DNA of 64,000 nt from Camelus dromedarius (Eukaryota), in NCBI RefSeq assembly GCF_036321535.1, contig NC_087436.1, forward strand, positions 98,334,001 through 98,398,000. Reading direction: 5' to 3'. Shown here piece by piece: positions 38,251-48,700 of the stretch. The stretch's first letter is position 1; each line of letters opens with the position of its first letter. The position numbers were made by a program, and so were the translations under genes. The notes under the pieces are model-generated. The model was not told where the DNA came from, searched no databases, and was given only the letters and a program-made list of their open reading frames with translations.

Positions 38251-39129
38251 GACCAGCTTCAGTGTCTGAGTTCCTATCGTATATTGGACAATATACCAGA
38301 GTCTGCATATCTGATTTTTTAAACAAATTGTCACCACCACCCTATCAGGGTATCAGTAGTGATACACCTCTGTAAAAATCAAGAAAATGAATGCTTGAAT
38401 AACTTTCTTGAGTGAATTGATCAGAATATGAAAAGTAGGATATTAGTGACTGTGTTAGGCAGTGCTGCCTTCTATTAACATGTGATTATACCTGTAAAAA
38501 GTACTCAGGTATATCTCTGTGCATTTATCTGTGTCTGTATTATAATCTCTGTGTCTCTATCTGTCTTTTCCTATAGAGAGATATAAAGTGTAACATGTAT
38601 GAGATTATCATACAGATGCTATCTTGAAACTTCATTTTACTGAATTTTGAGCATTTCTCATACCATTGTTATAAACTATATTAAATGAAATAACTACAGA
38701 ACATTTAATTGTCACTGTGGAACTTAATTTAACAGATACTTTTTCTTTGATATTTGAGTTACTTTGCAAAACTATTCATCCACACCTTTGTTTTGTCCAG
38801 TGGCATGAGGACCTGAAGTAAATTAACTTAGCTATCAATTTATGCTTCCAAACAACTTTTGAATTTTGATTTTTTTTCATTTTGATTTACCTTAGGGCAA
38901 AAGCATCAATCAGCAAACATGACCATGCAAATCTGTTTGATGCCTGTATTTCCCATTTTAATTAATAGTCTAGTATTATAATTTTATACAGCCTTGAGTG
39001 TATTTTTTGAATATCTGCCTGTCTTGAGTCAGAGCAGAGGAAAATGCCATTTTACCATGATAGAGAACACAGCATATGGGGTAAAAAAGATGCGTTTAAC
39101 AGGGGACATAATGGCATTGGACTGGGACA

Positions 39130-40080
39130 TATTAATTTTGAGATGCCCTAGGATAGGAAGTGAATTCATGGCAGATGAGGTTTGATATATAATTCTGGAG
39201 TTTCGAAGAAAATATGGACCAAAATATACACGTATTAATCATATTGATATTAATTAAAGACATGATAAGCAATAATAATCAATAAAAATAAAGTATTTCT
39301 CATGATTACCCATGGAAAATACACAGAATAAAAAAATACAAAATTTTTTAACATTTTTTATTGATTTAAAGTCATTTTACAATGTTGTGTCAAATTCCAG
39401 TGTAGCGCACAATTTTTCAGTTATACATGTAGATATATATATTCATTGTCACATTGTCTTCTCTGTGAGCTACCATAAGGTCTTGTGTATATTTCCCTGT
39501 GCTATACAGTATAATCTTGTTTATCTGTTCTACAATTTTGAAATCCCGTTGCCAAGGGGGTGGAGGGTGGGAAGGGAAAGACGTTTTAATTACAGAATAT
39601 TGAGAACACTAACATGGGTGGCATGAATCTGGAAAAAGATAATCTCAAAAGAGAGTAAGAGCAACTGTCTGAAAAATAGGGAAGGGCAATGAGAGAGTGA
39701 CTTCACAAAACAAGGGAATAGAGTTTCAATATTGATGGAGTATCTGATAGTGTAGGATATAAACAGTCAAATTAGGCAAGGACTGAAAAGTGCCTAATGA
39801 CCTCAGCTGCAGGGATATTCTTACTGACCTTGACCACAGCCGTTTCAGTGGATTGAGTGAAACAGATGGTAGACCACAATGGGTTGAGGAGTAAAGGTGA
39901 AAAAATAAACAAAGTAATGAGGGCTTTTTTTTCTTCAAAGAATTGTCTATGAAGAGAGAGACTAATAAACAGAGGAAGAGCTTGGGAGTTTCAGGAGAAA
40001 TGGGATCCAAAGTTGAGTCAATGAAATAACTTTAAATTAAAAAGGGACGCTCCTATTAATAGGAGGAAGGAAGAACAAAT
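39130..40080 (-). mobile_element. L2 fragment (host of a young L1)
   Basis: tgaccttgaccacagccgtttcagtgga, gggttgaggagtaaaggtga, ttcaaagaattgtctatgaagagagag. Confidence 0.6.
39344..39582 (-). mobile_element. short young L1 3'UTR with inverted 5' segment (39548-39582)
   Basis: T-rich tail and L1 3'UTR to gaaatccc (39547), then the G-rich tract appears on the opposite strand. Confidence 0.88.
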
Positions 40081-40444
40081 GAATGGGGTACTGAAAATTA
40101 AAGGTAATGGTATAACTGTCTGAGGCAGATAACTATATATAGTAAAGCCTGTGGGCTGGATTCTATTATTCTATATATTCGGACTATGATTATATTAACT
40201 TTGTTTTTAGCTTCATCCAAATGAAACCCCAAGACATTTATGCATGAACAGCTAATAAAAAAGATCCACACTATCCTATCCTTGTGCAGTTCATTTTCTA
40301 AACTTCTTCTGTATTGTGTAATATAAGGAACATAATCACCTGGAGTCAAACAAAATTGGGTTTCTTCTGTGAGTTCAGGGTTTACAGTTTGTGTCTTCCA
40401 TTCTGATATTGTTTCATTGAAAAATAAAATCATATCAGTGACAT

Positions 40445-40664
40445 CAATGGCTGCCAAACTTTTTTTTGTAAATGGCCAGATAATAAATATTTTAGGATTT
40501 ACTGGGCATATGGTCATTTGCAATTGCTCAACTCTGCCATCTTAGCATGAAAACAATCATAGAAAGTACAAATTAACGGCCAATGTGGAGATCCAACAAA
40601 ACTCTGCTTACAAAAACAGGTGGCAGACTGGATTGGTCCCCAGGTAGCATTTCGTTAACCCCTG
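40445..40664. mobile_element. MER58A-like hAT-Charlie MITE nested in a MIR (about 40335-40765)
   Basis: caaactttt...tgtaaatggccagataataaatattttagg...ctcaactctgcc...caaaaacaggtggcag...aacccctg; 220 bp; degraded 8-bp flanks agtgacat/acctacat. Confidence 0.85.
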
Positions 40665-43600
40665 ACCTACATCATGATAATTAAAATGAGATCAAATATA
40701 TACACCTTAAAGAATGGTGCTTATCACATAATAGAACCTCAGGAAATATTAAATATTTTTATTATGTTTTACTATATTTGGGCTTTTTGATTCTTTAAGA
40801 AAGGGAAACAAGAGAAGGAAATTAATATTTTAAAACCAATTATTTTCAGCATTACATTTCTACTTCTGTTGCAAATGTGTTTCTGATATGCTGCAAGATA
40901 TTGCTCTGTGTTCAATTTCTTTCACATTACAATAATTAAATGTTATTTTTAACAACTAATATCCATCTACAGCAGTTTTAATTATGCATGAGAAAGATTT
41001 GACCTATCATAAACTTTCTGCATTTGTTCTTATTTTGGGGCATTAGTATTTTATTCATTATACCAACCCCAGGAAACTCTTCAGTGACTACACAAGGCAG
41101 CAAAAATCTTCTGTTCATATTGAGTTACCTTCCTTAGTCTTATTTATGGATAAAATGTATGCTCATTTCCTTTATTATTTTTGTTAGCTTCATTTTTAAC
41201 TGGTATCAGATATTGTAAAATATAAATGTGATTGATTTTCTTGATCTCATTATTTGCAGTTTTTTACTTGAATGAATGATTGATTATTGTCTTTGGACTG
41301 TAACAAAGTGTGATTTTCCACGAAGTTTTAATGATTTAATTTTATAACTTAAAATTGGTAATTTCTAAAAGCAAATAATAATGGAATTATATTAAGTCAA
41401 AGATTAAAGAGAATTGAGCCATTTATAAATTTAGATGAGAATATTACAATTAATTTTGACCATACATAAAGATGAATGATGTTTATACTATGTGAAAATT
41501 TCAAGCCTTAATTATAAAATTGATTAAAAATTTTTTTTTTCTAAACCAGTGTTTTGTACTTTGCTTGTAAATGTAGAGCCAGGTAAAAATTAGCCACAGA
41601 TGGTTTTCTGTTTGGTTTAAATTTTTTATGCAAATTTCTAAGAATCTGCTAATACTTGGTTCATCTTAAAGATTTAAAATGTGGGATTTTATTTTTATTA
41701 TTTTAGGTATACATCAATGCTTTTTATATATTATATATTAATATACCTATATCATATACATTACCATATAATGTAAACATGTATACACATCTTTATAAAA
41801 TATATTTTAACTTTAAATTAATATTATAATTACATACAGATATATATTTTATTTTTAATTAATATAATTTTTATCTAATTGCATTTTTGCTATTTAAGTT
41901 TTTAATATCATTTGTTTAAAAAAGTTTCTAAATTTGAAAAGTACTCTGGATTATATTATAAAAATGTCATTTTCAGGAATCATAAAGGTCTAGGTTTCCT
42001 CTAACAATTTCATATTTAAATACATTTAATCTTAGAGATATTTATTTTCCCACCATCATAAACATTTTGATTAAAGTTGGAAAGCTATCAGACTCACAGT
42101 GTGCCATCATAGTAAAAACTTTTTTTCCAGTCTCTTAAGAAGTATAATAAGTATCTAATTTATGATTTCTCAGACCCTAATAATTATTCTGTTTCTCAGC
42201 CTGTCTTATTTACATGGAAGAGTGATCAAATGAAGCAACAATGACAAGCAAATTATGCCAGATATGTACCTCCAAATATCTATTTTACAGAAAAAAATGT
42301 TGAAAATAATTAGTTTCTGTATGTGTGTATAAGAAGAAAAAGATTCTTTAGCAAGATCAGTTAAACAGTAATAAGTCAGACTCTGTGTTTCATTTAACAA
42401 ATGATTTGTAAATATATATATATTTATTATGAAGGACTTCACTATTAAAAATAAAATTTTCAAAGGTATTTAAATGCATTATGTAGACTCATATTAATGT
42501 CAGATGCTACTGTAATGAAATCAGAAAATGTAAAACCAAACAACTTTAAAAAGTCACGAAATTTAATTTATTGCTTAAAAGTAATCCAGTTATAATAAGG
42601 CGTCTTGATCCATTGCATTGGCTCATGTTATTTTACTAAGAATATTAAGTGTGTAATATCGTGATCATGTCAGTAACACCATATCTGTTTGGTTATTAGC
42701 TAAGACGTGGCATCTTCTATAAACAGTCATGTAATATGAGTTTACCTAAGGAAGGATTCGTGTGTCTAGGCCCAGTTCTCCAATTAATTTGGAGAATTTA
42801 GACACATGATTTAACAGATGAAGTTTCCAGTTTTCTAACTGTAAACGGAGGAATTGGCAATATATTAGTTATTTTTGAAGCTCAGTTCTGGAGTTACTTG
42901 GGGAATTCTCACAGCCCAGTCAGCTGCCACAGGAAGTGACGTTGCTCAGGGAGGCAGTGCTCACTTGGACACCCTACACTGTCTCCAATTAAAGCACAAC
43001 CTGTTACTCACTTTATTTTTTTGGCATTTATCCTGCTTGGTATTTTCTGAGCCTCCTGGACCTATGCTGAGGTATCTAACATAATTTGTGGGAATTCTCA
43101 GTTATTATTGTTTCAAATATTTTTTCTGTTCCTTTCTCTCTTCTCTTTCTAGTATTTGCATTACACATACGTTATACCTTTTGTAGTGGCCCACTGTCCT
43201 GGAATATTCTCTTCTACTTTTTAGAGTCCTTTTTTCTGTCTGCTTTTTAATTTTTGAGGATTCTATTGATGTATCCTCTAGCTCGGAAATTCTTCCCTTA
43301 GCTGTTTCCAACTTCCATTAATCCATCAAAGGCATTCTTCATTTCTGTTATAGTGTTTTTGATCTCTTGCATTCCTTTGTTTATTTTCCTGGGAGTTTCA
43401 TCTCTCTGCTCACATTGCCCATCTGTTCTGACATGCTGTCTACTTTATCCAGTAGAGTGCTTAGCATATTAATCATAGTGTTTTAAATCCTGATCTGATA
43501 ATTCCAATTTCCCTGCCATGACTGGTTTTGCTGATTTTTCTGTGTCTTTAAATTGTATTTTTTGCCTTTTAGAGGTGTACCTTGGAGATATCACAGATTC

Positions 43601-43789
43601 TATTCCAGACCATCACAGTAAAGCAAATACCATGATAAAGAAAGTCACATGAATTTCTTGGTTTTCTGATGCATACAAATGTTACGTTTAACTGTACAAA
43701 AGTCTATTAAAATGTGCAAGAGCATTATGTCTAAAAAAATAGACCTTAAATTTTAAAAAGTACTTATTGCTAAAAAGTACTAACCATTA

Positions 43790-45536
43790 TCTGAGCCTGC
43801 AGCAAGTTATAATCTTTATGCTAGTAGAGGGTCTTGCCTCCATGTTGATGGCTGCGGACTGATCAGGATGGCAGTTGCTGGAGGCAGGGGTGGCTGTGAC
43901 AATTTCCTAAATAAGACAGCAGTGAAGTTTGCCACATCATTTGACTCTTCCTTTCATGAATGATTTCTATGTAGCACGCAATGCCATTTGTCAAGGTTAT
44001 ACCCACAGTGTAACTTTCAAAATTGGAATCAGTCTTCTCAAACTCTACTACCGCTTTACCAACTAAGTTTATACAATATTCCAAATCCTTTGTTGTCATT
44101 TTGACAGTCCTCACAGCATCTTTGCCAGTAGTAGATTCCATCCCGAGAAACCACTTTCTTTGCTCATTCATAAGCAAATCCTCATCTGCTAAAGTTTATC
44201 ATGAGACTGCAGCAATTCAGTTTCACCTTCAAGCTCCACTTCTAACTCTAGTTCTCTTACTATTTCCACCACATCTGCAGTTACTTACTTCATTGAAGTC
44301 TTGAACCTCTCAAAGTCATTCATGAGATTTGGAATCAACTTCTTCCAAACTCCTGTTAATGTTGATATTTTGACTTCTTCCCATGAATCACAAATGTTCT
44401 TAATGGCATGTAAGAATGGTGAATCATTTCCAGAAGGATTTTGATTGACTTTTCCCAGATCCATCAAAGGAATCACTGTCTATGGCACCTATAGCCTTAT
44501 GAAATGTGTTTCTTAAATAATGACTTGAAAGTAAAATTGACTCCTTCATCCATGGGCCACAGATGTATGTTATATTGGCAGGCATGAAAATAACATTAAT
44601 CTCATTGTACATCTCTACAAGTGCCCTTGGGTGACAAGGTGCATTGTCAATGAGCAGTAATATTTTGAAAGGAATCTTTTTTACAAAGTAGCAAGTCTCA
44701 ACAATTGGCTTAAAATATTCAATTAGCTATGTTGTAAACAGATGTGCTGTCATCCAGGCTTTGTTGTCTTATTGATAGAGCACAGACAGAGTCAATTTAG
44801 TGTAATTCCAAAGGGCTCTAAGATTTTCATATGGTAAATGAACAGTGGCTTGAACTTCAAGTTACCAGCTACATTAGCTGTTAACAAGAGAGTTAGTCTG
44901 TCCTTAAAAGCTTTGAAGCCAGACTTTGACTTCTCCTCCCTAGCTATGAAAGTCTGAGATGGCATCTTCTTCTAATGTAAAACTTTTTTTTTTCCTACAG
45001 TGAAAATCTATTGTTTGGTGTAGCCACCGTCATTAATTATCTGAGCTAGATCTTCTGGATAACTTGCAGTTGCTACATTAGCACTTGCTGCTTCAGCTTG
45101 CACTCTGATGTCATGGAGGTGGCTTCTTTCCTTAAACCTCACAAACCAACCTCTGCTAGCTTCAACATTTTCTTCCACAGCTTTCTCACCTCTCTCAGCC
45201 TTCACAGAATTGGAGAGAGGCCTTTGCTTGGACTAGGTTTTGGCTTAAGTGGATGTTGTGGCTGGTTTGATCTTCTGTCCAGACCACTAGAACTTTCTCC
45301 ACATCAGCAATAGGGCTGCTTCTTGCCATTCAAGTGTTCATTGAGTAGTACTTTTAATTTCCTTCAAAAACTTTTTATTTGCATGCAGAACTTGGCTAGC
45401 TTTTTGGCACAAGCGGCTCAGCTTATGGTCTCTCTGGACTTTCAACACACCTTCCTCACTAGCTTAATCATTTCTAGTTTTTGATTTAAAATGAGAGACA
45501 TGCAGCTCTTCCCCTCACATGAACACGTAAGGCCAT
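43790..45536 (-). pseudogene. disrupted Tigger1 transposase
   Basis: Frameshifted fragments [66 protein letters not shown]; candidate ATG at 45536. Confidence 0.9.
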
Positions 45537-45768
45537 TGTAGAGCTATTAATTGGCCTAATTTCAATATCGTTGTATCTCAGGGAATAGGGAGGTCAGAGG
45601 AGAGGGAAAGAGATGGGAGAATGGCTGGTCAGTAAAGCAGTCAAAACACACACGCTTATGGATTAAGTTTGCAGTGGCGAGGTTCATAGTACCTCAAATC
45701 AATTACAATAGTAATAAGAAAGATCACTGAAAAGAGGTCACAATAACAAATAATGAAATTTTGAAATA

Positions 45769-46086
45769 CAAGTATAGCTTGTCTTACTGTGTTTTGCTTT
45801 ATCGTGCTTCACAGATACTATGTTTTTTACAAAATGAAGGTTTGTGGCAATCCTGAGTCTAGCAAGTCTATTGGCTCCATTTTTCTAACAGCATTATTTT
45901 TTAATTCATGTATGTACATTTTAAAGACATAACACTATTTTGCACACTTAATAAATTATATCACAATGTAAACACAATTTTTATATGCACTGGGAAACCA
46001 AAAAATTCAAGTCCCTAGCTTTATTGTGATATTCACTTTCTTGGGGTGGTCTGACACCGAACCCACGGTATCTCTGAGGTAAGCCT
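45769..46086 (+). mobile_element. non-autonomous Tigger1 derivative (Tigger1a-like MITE, 318 bp) nested in Tigger1
   Basis: Ends caagtatagctt and gaggtaagcct, TA at 45767-45768 and 46087-46088; made of the two Tigger1 ends joined; the host rejoins as tttgaaata|ttgcaagaa. Confidence 0.9.
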
Positions 46087-47086
46087 TATTGCAAGAACTA
46101 TCAAAATGTGACAGAGAGACACAGAGTGAACAAATATTGTTAGAAAAATGGCACCAATGGACTTGCTAGAGGCAGGGATGTCACAAACCTTCAATTTGTG
46201 AAAAACGCAGCGTCTACAAAGCACAATAAATCAAAGCCCAATAAAACGAGGTGTGCTGTACTCCGTAATTTTTATCTTGATAGCCAAACATGATGTACTG
46301 GGTAAAAAGACTGTTGTAAATGGGATTTTTGTAATGTGGTGAGGAGTGGGCAGAGGGGAAGCATTCCATAGTGCTGTGATTAGGTCTCAGTCCTTCAGTA
46401 AGCTTGTGTTTCTGGACTGTGAACTTTACACGTTTCTCAGGTTCTTTTTTCCTCCCCACTTGGGTAGACAAGATGGCTAGAGCTGGCTGGCGTTGGGTAG
46501 TTTTCTTCCCTCAGGTCAGTTAGGCTCTGACAATACCTTAGCTCTTGTTAACCGGTTTCTCCTGCAGTCAGGTCTTGCCAAGAACAGAGTGCTCTGGCTT
46601 CTTTTAAAAGTTTCTTTCCCCTCCCTCTGCTGAAAGAATGAGGGAAGTTTTCTCCAATATTTACTGTGGGAACCTAGTTCAGATCTTACAAAATTGTGGG
46701 AATGCCCTATTACTGGGTGCCTCTGGAGGTTTTGACTCTCAAAGTTGTCTATATAGAGCCCCCAGCAATAAGGCAATAACAGTCTAGGGTTTTCTGCCTT
46801 TGTCCTGGTTCCCCAGCTGTTTCTGCTTCTGAGTCTCCGCTCAGGTAAACTGTTCTCTGTTTGCCTGTCTTCCCAATCTTGTAGCCAGTGGTTTGTATCC
46901 TCCCCTCTCTTACAAATTCAGGTAGAGTTGTTGCTTTTTTGGTCTGTTCAGCTTTTTACTTATTATTAGGACAGAGTGGTGAGTTCCAAGTTCCTTACCT
47001 GGGAACAGAAACCAGAGTCTCTCTTCTGCATTTTACAAGTTGGGCCTTCACTTCTTCCAAAGAAATATCTCTACTGAAAATAATCA

Positions 47087-47205
47087 GTGATGAAAGTGTT
47101 CTAAAATTGTAATGATGGTTGCACATGACTGGGAGAATACCAAAAAAATTAAATTGTACACTTCACGTATGTGAATTATATCTCAATAAAGCCCTTAAAA
47201 ACAAG
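47087..47205 (+). mobile_element. old L1 (L1MB/MC-like) 3' end
   Basis: gtgatgaaagtgttctaaaattg...gatggttgcaca...aattgtacactt...tatgtgaattatatctcaataaagc. Confidence 0.8.
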
Positions 47206-48127
47206 AAAATTGTTTGAAAACCATTCTCTTCAATGAACATTTTGAACTCTTCTACCTCTAAAGTTTTTGATTCCATCTCAATCATTCTGTTATAGCAGCT
47301 TTTGAGGAGAGGATGACAAATGAACTCATGATAACAACAGGAAGATATATGATCTTTGGATCAAAGAATAAATATTCATGCAATCTGTTCTGCCGTGCCT
47401 GCCTAAGCACCTCATACCCCTCTCTACACAATTCAGTTTCTGCCTCTGCGCATCATGTCCTCAGTCAGACAGCTTACCTTGAACCAGGGCATCCATCCCC
47501 ATTCTTCAGGTCCCAGTTTGTAAACCATGCTCTATGATACTGGCCTCTGTGCAGAGCTAATCACCCATGTTAGCATGTACACCAGTGTTCTCACAATTAT
47601 GTGATTACACATCCAAATCAGTAACATTGTCATTTCCACTCCAACAGATGTATATTTATTTGTGTAAAAATTGTTTCTACCTTATGTATTAGCTACAATA
47701 GAAACTTAAAAATTACATTTCTTAACATTTTGAAAATTGTAGCCCATTTCCTATCAGATCTGACTAGATTAAGATTTACTTTGTGACTTGGTGGATAGCA
47801 GGCTTTTATCAGATGTATAAAAAGCGTCAACTTTGCTGTTTTCTATTCTTTCACTCATGTGTTTGTATACAACTAGAAGTATCCTTGATTCAAAATTTTG
47901 GGTTATTTTTTGTGTTTCTCGTCCGTAGTAGAAGTGGTTTTTATTTGCTTGCTTGTTTGTTTTGTTTCAGCTTAACTTGGCAATGGCCATCTCAACATAC
48001 TAAGAAAAAGGAAAAGTGACAGCATGCTACACATGCTCTACTCTTCCCTTAGGTTCACTCACATCTGGTAATTCATGTTATTGACAAAATTCTGAGTATT
48101 ATTAAACCTTAATTTCCTTGTTAGCAA

Positions 48128-48146
48128 ACACACACACACACACACA
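48128..48146. repeat. (AC)9 microsatellite
   Basis: Read directly. Confidence 0.9.
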
Positions 48147-48574
48147 TACATAAATATCATAACACTTGCTCTGTCACAACACATTGTTTTTTGTACCTGG
48201 ATTACAATAAGGACCCTACTTTGCATCCTAGTCTTTATTACTTTCTACCAGTATACACATTTTTTTATTTTTTAATTTTTTTTTAGTTATTCTTTTATAT
48301 GCACCATCAACCTGTAGACAAAAAATGGTTTCTAGCCACACTCATGGGCTAGGGAGCTGCTCAAATCCCATAGACGGATTTAAGTCTGATTACGACGTAG
48401 CTGCCCACTTGGTAAAGCCTATGGCTATGTAGTTAGCATATGATACTGGTGCACCTAATCTGCTTGGTTCATGAGTATTCCCGTGAACACAGTGTCAGAT
48501 AAGACATCTGGGAAGACTTTTGAAAGAAGTGATATTTTTGGATGGTTTTCTAAAGGAATCACAATTCATCACTT

Positions 48575-48700
48575 CTTATATAATAATGACCATTATTTTT
48601 TACTGTTTAGTATGCCAGATTCTGAGCTGAGCTGATTATATCATTTAATTCCTAGAACACCCCTGATAAGTAGATCCTGTTATTCCTATTTCAAAAGCTA
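48575..48700 (-). mobile_element. MIR remnant
   Basis: tatgccagattctgagct...tcatttaattcctagaacacccctgataagtagat...ttattcctattt. Confidence 0.6.

Larger units (their letters stand above)
43572..46258 (-). mobile_element. near full-length Tigger1 (TcMar-Tigger/pogo) DNA transposon
   Basis: Degraded TIRs gaggtgtaccttg and cgaggtgtgctg, TA on both sides (43570-43571, 46259-46260); about 2.37 kb after removing the nested MITE. Confidence 0.95.
43010..47018 (-). mobile_element. old L1 (L1MC/MD-like) 5'UTR and ORF1 start, split by Tigger1 (43010-43571 and 46259-47018)
   Basis: ORF 43105-43311 (RISELED...KRYNVCVMQILEREER) resembles the L1 ORF1p coiled coil and RRM start; L1 5'-type sequence resumes after the Tigger1 end. 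Confidence 0.8.

Noticed and set aside
43790..45536. domesticated or active Tigger transposase (TIGD1-like)
   Set aside because: Many frameshifts and stops; the longest fragment is about 104 aa.
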